A program made the position numbers and the translations under genes. Shown here in pieces: positions 38,753 to 51,537 of a stretch of 64,000 nt of DNA. The notes below the pieces were generated by a model that had not been told where the DNA came from, ran no database searches, and saw nothing but the letters and a program-made list of their open reading frames with translations. Source of the DNA: Callorhinchus milii (taxonomy: Eukaryota); contig NW_024704757.1 in NCBI RefSeq assembly GCF_018977255.1, positions 13,640,001-13,704,000 on the forward strand. Reading direction: 5' to 3'. The stretch's first letter is position 1; each line of letters starts with the position of its first letter.

Positions 38753-39127
38753 TATCCTTGCATTTTACATGGTGTCTGTAATGTCAAAATGCTTTCCAAT
38801 CATTACTGTGCAGTGTGACTGTATGTTTATAGGCAAACACAGCAGAAAATTTGCAGTGTCCCGCAAACAGCTAGGAAGTGAATGATTAATTCATTTTGAG
38901 GTTTGTGGGCCAAGGCACAAGTAAACACTCTTTTTTCCTCTCTTTTTTGGAATAATATCATGGGATCCTTAACGTCCGCCTGAACAGACAGATGGCACCT
39001 TGATTCAACACCTCATCTGAATTATGGCTCTGGAGTGTCAGCCTAGATAGTAAGCCCAAAGCTCCTATGTGGCGCTTGAACACACAGCTCACCCTGAGGC
39101 AAACGTGCTACTGAGTCACACTGACAC
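38753..39127 (-). mobile_element. Near full-length old DeuSINE (SacSINE1-type head)
   Basis: Minus strand: gactcagtagcac...gttcaagcgccac...tctaggctgacactccag...cagatgaggtgttgaatcaagg...tgttcaggcggacgttaaggatcccatg...aaatgcaaggat. Confidence 0.88.
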
Positions 39128-40301
39128 TTGCAGACGTTAATCCCAATGATTAATAAGCTTAAATAAAGGAAAGAATTTGAGCTGCCTTTGCAACGACGAT
39201 AGGCAAAGCTGACTTCTCTGGAGAGGAGGGTTTGGGATGAATGTGGTCTGAAATAATTACCCACAATCGGTCTATGAACCCTACCCTAATGGTATTACAG
39301 ATAATCTTGGTCATCTTTTACATGATTTGGAGGTGGATTTGAAGGTTCACTGTCAATTGCATTAGGCTTTCTTCTGGAATTGGCTGATGGTGGTTGAAGT
39401 GACAGAATTAGTGTACAAAGTGCAAGAGGTGGAAGGTCACAAAGATAAGTGATCAAGAGCAGAAAACCATAGCTGTTTTTTCTCTTCATAACCTTGGGTG
39501 TTGAAGCCAAAATTGCAGCCTTTCAAGTGGAGCCCTAATTAAAATGAACTCAATCATCAAGGACCAGGAATGGAACTCGCATGTTCCCACCTAGGCCTCG
39601 GGTACCATTTGTTTCCTTTCATGTTCAACCACATCTTGCAGAACTCAGTAACAGGGCAATACTTTTCAATTAAGTTGTAGAGTTATTTTCCTCTCTTTTT
39701 GTGTTTTATCTTGACAGGCAAATGGTAATGTGTAAGTCATGTTTTTGAAACACAGCACATATGACAATATTTGTAAAGGTCTTTTGCTATTCTCTTCAGT
39801 TATCTTGTTTATGCTTATGAAAGAGCTTCTTTGGGGAATGTTTTCCTGTGATAATGACAGTGATTGAAGCAATGGGCCAGATAGAGGAAAAGATAGTAAG
39901 GGGAATGATGATTTTACATCTTGAGGGGAAAAGTGTCAACTTTGTAATGACAGTACTGGTGTTAACATATTCCCTTCTGAACAAATATAAGAAGCTAGTG
40001 TCCTACACATCAAGGAAAAGTGTCAGTAAGAAGTACTTACTGATGTATGGAAGCTACTTAGGAGATGGTTGCTGCTTATGAAATGCACAACAGTCCAGTT
40101 GGTTATGTGGTGGCATATTCAAGAGGCTGGGTTCAACATCTGCCTATTGGGACTGGCACAAGTAGTGTTAAGTGTGGTTCGTGGCAGATGGAATGCACAG
40201 GTTATATAACCTGTGTCAGAAGTCTTTCGATTTCCACTCTACTACCAGCTAGGATTAGTAGGTTAGCAGCCTTTAGTAAGAGGCACACAGTTAAAAATCA
40301 G

Positions 40302-40428
40302 GCTGTGCGCAATTGGCTGCTGCGTTTCGCCCACAAAATATACAGTACAGTACGTTCTGTGAAGCACTTTGAGACGTCTCGAAGACGTGATAAGGCGCTA
40401 TATCAAATGCAAGGATTATTATTATTAT
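40302..40428 (+). mobile_element. 5'-truncated SINE
   Basis: gctgtgcgcaattggctgctgcgtttcgcccacaaaa...gagacgtctcgaagacgtgataaggcgctatatcaaatgcaagg(att)n. Confidence 0.93.
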
Positions 40429-41589
40429 AACAATGCAAAACAAAATCTACCAAACTCATTGTGTTGTTTGTCACAATGACACATTGGTGTTGAGGTACGA
40501 CAGCTTGTGTGGCAGATATATTTTTAAATACAAATTTTATTTTAAATAAAGGAATTGGGGTATTGAGACGAGAATATAGCAAATAGTGTTGGTTGGGTGA
40601 TTTTTGGGGGGCTGCGCCTGTTGCAATGCAGTTGACATTTCAGAGAAAAAAAATCAATCCACTTGAGACGTGATGAATCCATAGTCTCCGAAGCATAGGA
40701 TGAAATAGTCTCCGAAACAACACAGAATGTTGCAAAACTAATTTATGTCTAATCCTCTGCTAGGCTGGGATGTAGTTCTTTGTCATGCTCGGATATACAT
40801 CATGGGCTGTGCCCGCCACTTAGGGACACTGACCTGAATTAACTAAAATGGTACACCGTGACACACATGCCTTTTTATTTCCTGAACAGGAAAGATCAAC
40901 TAAGATACCACATTGGTAATGTATTACCTTCCATGTGATACATCATGTAGCAGGCTATTTATTCCGTTAATTTACAGATGAATGAGTCTGTTGGTCAAGT
41001 AGTTTTGTGTATATGAATGAGCACGTGCTCACCGTGATGTGATGTGGGTGACAGATGCACCAATTCAAGTGCAGAGTCAGACAGTTTTACGTGGGGAATC
41101 ATCAGCGTTGTATTTCAAACCCAGGTGCACGGAAAGGTCAATTTTCCTACAGCTGCCACTATCACAAACTGCAGTTTATAGGACCAAATTAAAATGGATT
41201 AGGCAGCTTCTCATCCTATTTTATAGTGATATGGTTAATCTGGAGGATGGATGTTTAATTCTCTCCATCATTCTTTCGTTTGTGCTTTTGAATTTGCTGG
41301 GCTGTAAAAAAAAAATAATGAACTCACATTAACATTACTACTCGAGTGTACCAGTATAGATCTAGCTAATACACTTAGCATTATCACCAACATTGATTAT
41401 TAAGGACATTGTGTTAAATCCTAATGCACCTGAAGGTTATTGATGATATCAGGACCATGGACAGCTCATCTGCAAGAGAAACTGGTTGAAAACAGGGCTG
41501 TAACAATGGGCCTTTTTTGTGGGGTCACAGCGTTAATTTTACTTCGCAATGTTAACAGAGAGGGGTTTATTTAGCCTAAGCCTGAATCA

Positions 41590-42200
41590 ATTTCTGGAAA
41601 AAATATACTCTGGCAAACTGGAGATCGCGTTAGACTGTTCAGAAACTGTTTTTCGAAGCATTCTGGGTCAACATTCAGACACATTTTAAACGGGGCAAAG
41701 TTGGACCCAATCAACTTACTTTGGGGNAAAAAAAACATCGCCAACTTTGTCAAACCAATTGAAACGCCAATAGGTACAATGCCATCAACGACCTCAATGA
41801 GTTGAATAATGTGCCTTAGATTTTGGGGCGTCCCTCGATAGAACTTGAAGAGCTAAAGACAGCAAGAGATGAAATTTGACGTGCAAATGTAACACTTTCT
41901 GACGGGCCCAGTGAAAACCGCTGACACAAACGGTCCTAGTTTCTCGAAAGGCTCGGCCATTTCCAAAAGGAACCGAGCGAGTTTTGAAATCCAGCATTCA
42001 ACAAACATCAAAAGCGTCTTGATGTTTTGATTTCTCACCCCAGTTGCGCAAAGTGTTTTTTCCATATTTAATGACAAATGAAAAACATTAAGTCTGATAC
42101 GAACAGGCGTCAAAAGTGAACCAATGTTAACCTGTAACATCTCGTTATTTTTAAAGGAATAGCGGAACATTTTGCTCACGCTTTTGGCTCTGGCGCCTTT
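41590..42200 (+). mobile_element. Probable decayed hAT-superfamily transposase C-terminus
   Basis: Frame from 42007 reads IKSVLMF*FLTPVAQSVFSIFNDK, then NIKSD in a shifted frame. This resembles the hAT dimerization domain (L..P.S...ERVFS....I.T..R). The block is relatively CpG-rich. Confidence 0.45.
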
Positions 42201-42608
42201 GATGTTTCTCGCGCACATTTTTTTGGAAGTGACCTTCATCATTTAAAATAGATGTACAATAAATAAGTCACATAAACCTATCAGCAGCTGCTCTCGCTCA
42301 TTGGAATATTCAACAGCAGTTGTTGCAGATCAGGTGGCAGGAAGACAACAAAAGCATTTCGAAAGTTGTCAAGTTTGTAAGGAAACAAGGAGCAACAACG
42401 TGCTGGAACTTAATACAGCTACAAGAATCCAAATCACTCTAATGGCAATTAAAAACATGTTGCAGCACCTAATGCATTCAGTAATAATTATGATAAATAG
42501 TTGCCTTGTAGGTGCACTTCATTAAGTAAACAAAACAACATTTAAATCCAAGAACTGAAAACCCACTTAACTTTCCCTCTATCAGCATGTACCCAGCAGT
42601 GATAGTTT

Positions 42609-42998
42609 GTGGCTGTGAGTCAATGCAAAACTGGGTAAGGATCTGACCAGAGGGTTACACGTTGGATTTCTGCTGTGTGGCGAGTTATACGACCTCAGTT
42701 CAGGAGGCAATTGCGATCCCGCAAATGATCTCAGCTTCCTTGGGCTGGAGACCAGTCAGGCAAGGTTTCTGTTCCTGATTGCTATCGAACGACTCCTTCT
42801 GGAAAATACGCTTACTCAAAAACAAGATTGGCTTCGGCTGGGACTCTACACGGTTGAACGGGCTGCCAAAGCTCGCTGTCCAGATATCAAGAATGACCAC
42901 TTGGACGAGATAGGAAAGGGAGGGGGCACCAGTAGGAACTACAGTCCCAACAATGGCCAATGCCATCAGGAGATGATAGAGGCAGAGGGAAAAATATG
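42609..42998 (+). repeat. Best copy of unassigned old interspersed repeat ('family B')
   Basis: ctgtgtggcgagttatacgacctcag...gttcctgattgctatc...ggcttcggctgggac...aagaatgaccacttggacgag...tcaggagatgatagagg. Resembles a SINE-like repeat I recall from shark genomes, and shares motifs with 4110, 23210 and 45615. Confidence 0.55.
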
Positions 42999-43839
42999 GC
43001 GTTGGCAACAAAAAGGCAACTGAAAAGAAAAGCCAAATAAATGGCTTCTCCCATTTGGTCGGGGAGGTTCAATTTCAAATTTGATGCCAACACTGTTAAC
43101 TGCAAGTGAAATTACAATTAAATCCATTTCTTTTTGGAAAGGTTTTGTGGATCGTTACACTGTATAATGCGAAATGCTTTCCCTACCAAAGTTGCTGTTC
43201 CAATAGAATAGATGACGAGAGGTGTTCTTTGCTGCTGCTTACGTTAGGGACTTGACATACAAGTGTGCACTCATTCGAAACGTGCGTCGAGGCTGGCAGC
43301 AATATACGGTGTGTATGCCGTTGCATGTGCTATCTGTGTATGTATGTGACATCTAAATAAAAACAGTTTTATTTACTGACAAATCGGTGTTAAAAATGCT
43401 ATTGATTGAAATAATCGAATCAAGACCTTTGTTTTCCACGTTTGTAACTGGAACCTATGTGAAACAACTGCATTGGTGAAATAGCCTCGCAGCCAGCATT
43501 AGGTTCAAGAGACCAACAGTGAATCCGAAAAGCAAGCCGCAACTGTTTTGACAAATTAAGCAATTTCTGTGGCGTTTCAACAGGAGGTCAAAAGTCATTC
43601 CTACACTGGAAGAGATTTTTATCATTCATGCTTCGCAAACGTTTTTTTTTTGAAAACCAGCACAAGAGGCCGCAAAGGTTCAGATTTTTTTATATATATA
43701 ATATTTATAATATATATTCATATATAATACAAATATTATATATCTTGACCAAGATTCCTGGCAGGGTAAGTGTATTCTCACACCAATATTTGGGAGTTTT
43801 GCATTCAAGCAAACCAGGTGAAGTGTTTGCTTTGAGATG

Positions 43840-43943
43840 ATAATAAATAATAATCCTTGCATTTGATACAGCGCATTACCATGCTTTGAGACGTCTCAAA
43901 GCGCTTCACAGAATATCCTGTAAAGTGAATTGACTATTTTTTG
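43840..43943 (-). mobile_element. 5'-truncated SINE tail
   Basis: aataatccttgcatttgatacagcg...gagacgtctcaaagcgcttcacagaatatcctgtaaagtgaattgact. Confidence 0.92.
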
Positions 43944-46412
43944 CGATGCACATTTCTGTAGAGTTTTAACAACAATAATCACCTATTGTTTTCTTTTTTA
44001 AAAACAAATACTTACTAGCTCACCGATAAACGATGGCTTCCTACCGAATACAATTCATATTAATTTCCAGTAAATCACCAAGAAGTCGAGAGGACTGCAA
44101 ATAATCTTTGTAATATACTCGCTGCTTAACACACAAAAAACGCAGAACAGAATTGTAAGCCCTAATTTTTTTTAAAGGGTGGGAAGTAATATTGTGTTAT
44201 TTAATAATTATAATCAGTTGCTTAACTATTCTTGTACATTACTTGCAGTGACGTCCCTGCTCGACTTTATGTGCGCATTTGTGCTGAACCTAACTCATCT
44301 GTGTTATCAGCATTCATCTTATTTAGGCCCGTGTATATGTTACCATTTTATTGACTGGCAGATGGCATGTTGAATTGTGTCTTATTTTTAGTGGCGTGTG
44401 GTTTTATTACTCGGATAATAAATAGTACAAAGAAACAGCATCACTAACTAAGCTCCTGTTTTTTTTTATCCAGGGCCTCTAATCCTGAAATTAGCATTGT
44501 GGGTTCCCAGTATGGTAACATCAAAGTGCGTTATGCTTCACCACTCCGGCAGACAGCTCTATGTGCTCGGCAGAAATTAGTGCTGTTCTTATTTGGGGGG
44601 ACATTTAATGAAACGATTTGAGATCAGAAAGCTGGATGTTACAGTGATGAGGAAAGGTCCAGGCATGATAAGGGGATGATTGCAAATGACCTTAAGACTC
44701 ACAACTGATTTTAATTGGTTTGGGGGCTCCCTTGCACAAAAAAAACCCTTCTTAACCATAGATTTTGTCAGCAAATTCAAGGGGGAATTAAATAGCAATC
44801 TGGTGAAGAATTCAATTGAGCGGTATGAGAGATTGAGTAGTATATTTATTATTTTATAATTTATTTTTACATTGGGACCTGCTGGATGGATTGCAATGCG
44901 TTTCTCTGTACCACCACCTCTCCACCTTCTCCCAGTCCTTTATATTCCAATGCTGCTCCTGCTAGAGATCCTCTAAACACTTGAAATTCATCCCCCCAAA
45001 ATCCTTTGTTTTAGGTAGTAGCATAGAAAACGGGGAAAGATACATTCACACTCACACAAAAAAACATCTATTAGACAATTATCAGGGTGAAATTGACCAC
45101 ATATTTAAGAGGGGACCATGGATAAGATGTGTTAATGGGTTCCTACTTCTCTATGTTCCTAAAGTGGAACGGGAAAATTAGAGGGAAATAATTAGCAGGA
45201 TCCTATACAAGAACGTGCCGCTCACAGTGATAGGATTTTTAGAAAACACAGGGGGGGATCAAATACCTGCTACACATTATAAAACGATAAATTCCAATAG
45301 CTCCATTCACAATAATGTACAACTTAAACAGACCGTAAATTGAAAGAGGTTATTATCAATCACCGTGACCCAAATGAGGATTTTGGTTCTGGAATTAATG
45401 AAACTGTCCTGGGCTAATAATTCATTTAAACGCAGCCAATTAGCCAATCAAACACCTCGGCGATATCAGGCAATCCATTAACACAGCGACAGGCTCTACC
45501 GATGGCCGGGAAACCTACTGTGCGCGTGGGCTGAGTGATCAGACCATAGGTCGCCACAACGTTCTCAAGTCCACTGCTGTCAGAGAGCAGTAGGTAGTAA
45601 TAGCATTAGTTTGTTTCTGATCGCTGTCATTACTAGCCCAGAAGGTCCCACATAACATAAGAAACTTCACAACTCTGTTACTGCTATAATCAAGGCTCTA
45701 TATACTGTAATTAATTGTTTTATTATATTGCACAGCAATATACTGCAGGGACTTTAGCGTATGGGGAGTACGGGTAATAAATCCATTTGATAGGCAGACT
45801 TTTCTCACTGTAGCAGCTTGTCTTCTGCACGTCTCTGATGTGATGTCTCTGCGAGTCCTCACGCCAATGGCAGAATTGCCTCCGGTCATCAAACGGGGAA
45901 TGAAGCAACTTCAAAAGGTTTGTTCTCATTGAAGGAGAAGTGGAGTTATTGAATTGTAACAGTTTGCTATTACTGGGAACATCACAAGGTAACTGCATTA
46001 AAAATACATATGAGGGGCTAATTTACCTAATTATCTAATTCGCAGCATTTCTTAATAAAGAATCCCATTTGAATTCCTGTTAAACTCCGCTCCAGAAATA
46101 GATTGTGCCTGAGTAGGTTCTCCTGGGTCAGAGTGAGTTCTGTTTAGGAAAGCAGAAGGGCTCCTATTTTTTGGGCAACTCGGACTCTTTACTAAAAAGT
46201 TGTCCCATTAAGAAATACAGCAAATCACACTCCACAGTAGTTGCAAGAAACACACACAAAATTTAGAATAAAGTATATTATTGCATATTTAGTGTTCACA
46301 GCCACTGCATTAAAAGCAAAAATGTGAACGAATGATCCTCGTGTGTCTGTTCATCACTCGTGTCTCAATCTCCTCAATGCTTTGCAAGTGTACATCATTG
46401 ACAAAACCCTAG

Positions 46413-46815
46413 CAATAACAACCCATGCATTTGATATAGTGACTAAAATGTCAAAATGCCTTAAAGTGCCTTGCAGTAATTATAATATAATTACCCTTGG
46501 TTTGATATCGCACCTTATCGCATTGTCGAAATGTCTCAACTCACTTCACAGGATTTTACTGTAAAGCGATTGGGTATTTGTAGGCAAACACAGCAACCGA
46601 TAAGAGCATAACAATGTCCCACAAACAGCCCATTGCAGTGAATGACCACTCATATTTGCTGCCGATGGTGGCGAGGACACCTTAGGGGAGAATCTCCCTT
46701 CTCTTTTCGAATTGCAAAGGCAGGCAAGACCTTGTTTAACCTCTCATTCAAAGGATGGCACCCCTGATGATGCACACTCTCCCATCACTGCCCTGGAGTG
46801 TGAGTATGACCTGTG
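46413..46815 (-). mobile_element. Old DeuSINE with two successive tail remnants
   Basis: Tail remnant at ~46413-46475, second tail from ~46490, then caatgtcccacaaacagc...ttgtttaacctctcattcaaaggatggcacc...ctggagtgtgag. Confidence 0.85.
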
Positions 46816-47489
46816 ATACTAATAAGATACTTGCACAGTATATACCAGTAGCTCATTGGTAAAACTATCACATTTGCTCATTCGATGTTGTTACTCCAAG
46901 TAATCGTTAACATCTTGGCCTTAAACGAACAGAAATATTTGTGCAAAGAGACTATCATTATTCAAATGCTTGATTTCCAATGGTTTAAATGAGGATTCGT
47001 CTTGGAGCGATTTTATACCAATACTCCAGAACTGCAATAAATTGACTGGGATTAAACTTCTAACCGTTCATAGTTAACTGCAAAGTAGATAAATGATATT
47101 GGGTTGTTGCAGAATTCATAATTAGTCTGACTAATAAGATGGCATTAAGAATGCAAAATATACCTGCCAACTTAACTAGACAATTTGTTCAGACTGCAAA
47201 CAAAGCTTCGCTGCACTATTGAATTAAGCTACATTATCCAATATTAAAATACTTTCCTTCAAGCAATTTGTAGTAATCAGGGAACATGAGTAAAGTGCAA
47301 AAGTGTTTTAATCAAGGTTGGATTAACGAATACAACTTTCAATCTCTACTACGAATGGAACAAAAAACAGTACATTGCAGTCGTTGGACTGAATTCATTT
47401 CGCAGTAGGATAAGAAAGACCATTCTTGTTGGTTTCATTACTATGGAAATGTGCTTATTTGAGTTAAGTACAGAGCAAGTGCAGTAAGG

Positions 47490-47890
47490 ATTTCAAAGAA
47501 TGAGACCAAGGATTGGGAGGTCAGGACTAAACTATAGTGACAGGTTGGGAAATATTCTCTCGAACTGAGGAGGCTGAGTTGTGAATTAAGTGATTTATTA
47601 ATTATAGAAAGCCTCAACAAACGAGCGACTTTTCCTCCAGTGGGTCCATCAGCTAGGTGCGGACACAACCTTGAAATTCGGGCTACACGGGTTAGCAAAC
47701 CCGTAGAGAGTGATAAGAATCTGAAATGCACAGCCATGGAAGAAAAATTAATTGAGGTATTTCAGAGAGAGAGGAGTGACACTATTAGGGGATATGGTAG
47801 GGAGATGAGAATGGGGGTGGCTGTATTATGAGAGCCATGAAATAGTCTGTGGTAGAGTAGGGTTGATGGGCTTTCTCCTCTTATTCACTT
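47490..47890 (+). mobile_element. CR1 LINE ORF2 3' fragment
   Basis: Remnants GLNYSDRL, YSLELRRL and RCGHNLEIRA, then aggggatatgg and a CR1-like 3' end. Confidence 0.7.
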
Positions 47891-47912
47891 CCCATTTCGA
47901 CTACAAAACGTA

Positions 47913-48046
47913 CAACTTTCATTTATATAGCACCCTTCACACGGAATAGAGTCTTGGAGTGCTTAAGTCACAGTACAAAATACTCTGCTGAGCTTTGAGA
48001 CATTTTAACAACGTGATAAGGCCCTCTAGCAAATGCAAGGATTCTT
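47913..48046. mobile_element. Head-to-head L2 tail (-) and SINE tail (+)
   Basis: caactttcatttatatagcacccttcac...gagtgctt, then gctttgagaca...gtgataaggccc...aaatgcaaggatt. Confidence 0.7.
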
Positions 48047-50184
48047 AATTTTTGTTACTTTCCTACGGAGTTTTTAATCAAATGCAATACAAGTTGTTGA
48101 TACCAATTTTGGGGTGTGTCGGAAGGGAAGGTTTGACTCCCCTCCCTCCTCGTGAATGTGATGGTTTTTGAACACGACACTGAACTCTGATGCGCTGTAC
48201 TATTGTAATATTCTTAATACAGGTTATGATTGAAAATATCCCTCTCTCTATTTTAAATTGGTTTTAAATTGCAGTTAATGTCATACTCACATTTCTCTTT
48301 ATATTGGTTGCACAAACAGAGCAATACATTTCTAATGTGTATGTGCGCAAATATCATTGGAGAGACGTACTTGCGTGTTCCCCCCTCCCCCCAACATAAA
48401 AGCGCATTTCATAAAATTCTTCCTAATGTTACATTTGCCTACTGTAGCAAAAATGCCCTCTCTCAAGTCTTCTCCCTTGACTGCAGAATCTAAAACGACT
48501 GACCCTGAAATGCCAATCCCCAAAGCTACTCAAAATTTTAACAAGCTAAGTGGCTTCACTGATAGCCTTTCACTTATTAGTGGCTTTTTTTTTGTTTTCT
48601 CCCCTCGAATAGACAATGCAATTTATATTAAACAAAAATATCCCCTGTCATGGTATTGCGTTTGAGTATTGGACCAGTTATATGCTGCCTAATTAAAAAC
48701 CGAGGCTCCGATTTAAGAGTCAATCTGATTTAACTTAAATTCTTCTTAAGAGGTAAGTGGTTTGTGCCAAAGAAAGTGTATCGTCTTAAAATAACAGGCA
48801 GAGGCACTTACAAAGTTATGCACACATAGAAGACGCTCGTTTCACAAGGCAATAATAAGAGGATGCAAATGGAAACCAATTTCAATTAAGCTTAGTGTCT
48901 ACATTTTTTTTTAAAAAAACAAAAATTTCAATATTCATTCTCCAAGTCTTATCGATATTCATTTACTGTCAACTAAATTATCAAGAAAGTGTCGTTCGCT
49001 ATTTATTCACGGGCTACAGACAGAAATGGTTGAAATGATTGTCCGGCGGATACTTTTCATGTAATAAAATACTCGATCATTATGGATTTGCACTTTCAGG
49101 AGGAAGGCTGGAAGAATTAGCCAGCTTTAGTCTCTGCTAATGCAGCCTGAAATTGGCAGCCTTTGTAAATGCAAGAGACCCTAAACAGTATCCGTTGTAG
49201 GCTGAATAAAGCAGCAGAAACCACTGAAAGAGAGAGGTCGCATTTCTCCTCTGGTAAGGAACTGTGCTTTTCATATTCCAAGCAGGCAGGCAGGCAGAAA
49301 GCGCCACTCTTCTGTCATCCTTCGACAGTTATAGACTTGCACCACAGCTTATTAAAGATTAAGGTTTACTCAAGCGCTACATTTGGGCCATATCCCTGTC
49401 CAGAGCCCAGCATTCATTAAAAGGGAAGAAATAAGAGATTATTACACCACAAAGTAATTTCAGTCAACGTCTTCCTCCTACATGTCAACTGACCCCTCCC
49501 CACCCCTTGAAGAAAGAGGAACTATTTAAACATGCAATTTGTATCCTGTATTTCCATGTTAGTGTCAGACAATACAGACTGTCCAAATGTCACAGGTGTC
49601 AGAACAAAACAAACCCAAATCTCAGAAGGCTTTGTAAGAAAGCTTTCATCCCATCTATGACTTTTTCCACACTGTATTCCTTGTCAAATGGAGACATTGT
49701 GCCTGTTCCATTTTGACACCAAGAGAACATAAAGGGTGCTCTTATTTTAACAGCCTGTCAGAATCTTATATAAAAAAAAATCAAAAGCAGATTACAAGTG
49801 ACCCAAAGGCGAGGGGGGAAAAAAAAAATCAGAATTTACTAATGCTCACAGGTCCAAGACTCTACGCACAAATGGCCAGATGTAAAGTCAAAGGGAACCA
49901 ATCGCTTTAATGCTAAGAACCAAAACGCCCTGAAAATTCTTTGCTGGTGACGCAAAAAATACCACCACAATCATTCGAGGTCGTAATTTATTGATATTCA
50001 TTCCAGGAATCGAATGGCAACCATTTACTTCCTTTTTTCTGGTCGAGCTCCGGCCGGTTATGCATAAAGAAGATGGTTCTCTGCTCAGCAAATGAGTCTA
50101 AAACGGATTAATTACTGGGGGCAACGGTGTCTAAATATCCATCGTCAGTGAAAGGTTTGTCCTGTCATGGCCATATCAGATTGT

Positions 50185-50310
50185 TACATAGGAACAGGAG
50201 TAGGCCATTCAGCCCCTCGAGCCTGTTCCACTATTCTATTAGATCATGGCTGATCTGTATCTCAACTACAATTACCCGGTCTTTGCCCCATATTGATTCC
50301 CCTGGGGGTA
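50185..50310 (-). mobile_element. CR1 LINE 3' end
   Basis: cataggaacaggagtaggccattcagcccctcgagcctgttccact...agatcatggctgatctg, a characteristic chondrichthyan CR1 terminus. Confidence 0.85.
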
Positions 50311-51164
50311 GCAAGAGTTTGGATGGCTATTTCTTTCGTGACGGGAACCCACAGCAAATATTTGCCAACCTCATTGGAATAAACCATTGTAACTTCAAAC
50401 AATCATTAAGTTTTCAGAATCCAATTGACTCCAGACCAAAGTGTTGAGATAATCAGCATATTAAAGGCAACAGTATAACCATATGTTAATTATGTAAATT
50501 ATTCATTTTAATCAGCTAGAACCATGTAAGAATTACTAAGAATGCAAATGTTCAGCGTTATTAAAAATCTCATTAATATTCATCTTGGTTACATGCACGA
50601 ACGTATCCATCCGAACAGATGAATTAATAGTTAGATGAGAGATGAAAGAGCTGCAGGGCATTTCTGTGAAAAAAACATCTGTCTTCTCCTGTATCCCTCC
50701 CAGCTCTCCACTGTACAGAAAATGACTTCACTAGAAAAAGCCCCATGAAACAACTTTGCTTGGCACAGGCTGCATTTCACAATCATCAATTCTGCTGACT
50801 GTAGCCTTTCATCATTGACTAGCTTTCATCGGGAAAAGTTACGGGTACTATTCTTTCCCCATTCACCTCTTCCCAAGCCCCAACAATTGGAATCTCACAG
50901 ACTTCTGCCACGAATTGAAACAAAAAAAAACCCAACAACGGCTGTGTTTTGCTCATTTCTTTCCCCCACGTTTTACAAGTGTCGGCTTTTGAATTCTAAT
51001 GCAATGCTCTGCTAGGTAATTAACACTTCATGAATAAGCATTTATGGTAGACGTCAGCTCTGGCTTTGACAACCTTATAAATAAAGGTCTTGAAATGAGC
51101 AATTTTAAAATTTGTGCTTAACCAGTCTACCTAAACATTTACTGATGGAGCCCTAGTTTCCCTT

Positions 51165-51365
51165 TTAATAATTTTCATTTGGGGGCAACACCTTACCACA
51201 TTGGGAAGACGTCTTATAGCGCTTCACAGGATTTACTGTGAAATGACTGTGCATTTTGCAGGTGAACGCAGCAGCCAATTTGCACACAGCAATGTCCCAC
51301 AAACAGCCACAAAGTGAACGACCATTATTTTTTGGTGGCCAGAGCACCAGGAGAAACTCCATTTT
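51165..51365 (-). mobile_element. Old DeuSINE 3' half
   Basis: gcgcttcacagg...gcagcagccaatttgcacacagcaatgtcccacaaacagc...ggccagagcaccaggagaaactcc. Confidence 0.88.
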
Positions 51366-51462
51366 CTTTTATTGAGCTTTCAGAAATGCTTGCCCAATTG
51401 CTATATAATAATAATAATAAAACACAAATGCACATTCTGTAACGTATTATTATTATTTTCGA

Positions 51463-51537
51463 ATAATAATAATCATCCTTGCATTTGATATAGCACTTTA
51501 TCACGTCTTCAAGACGCCTCAAAGCGTTTCACAGAAT
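51463..51537 (-). mobile_element. Short SINE tail
   Basis: (aat)n-catccttgcatttgatatagcactttatcacgtcttcaagacgcctcaaagcgtttcacagaat. Confidence 0.9.

Noticed and set aside
40065-40430. Recurring peptide ends such as VKHFETS, YQMQGLLL and CKDYYY as a small protein family
   Set aside because: These are translations of the SINE 3' tail in different frames.
40681-40716. 12-bp direct repeat ATAGTCTCCGAA
   Set aside because: A simple local duplication with no associated element.
45698-45998. Coding-looking minus-strand ORFs
   Set aside because: No recognisable homology and no convincing splice-site pair.
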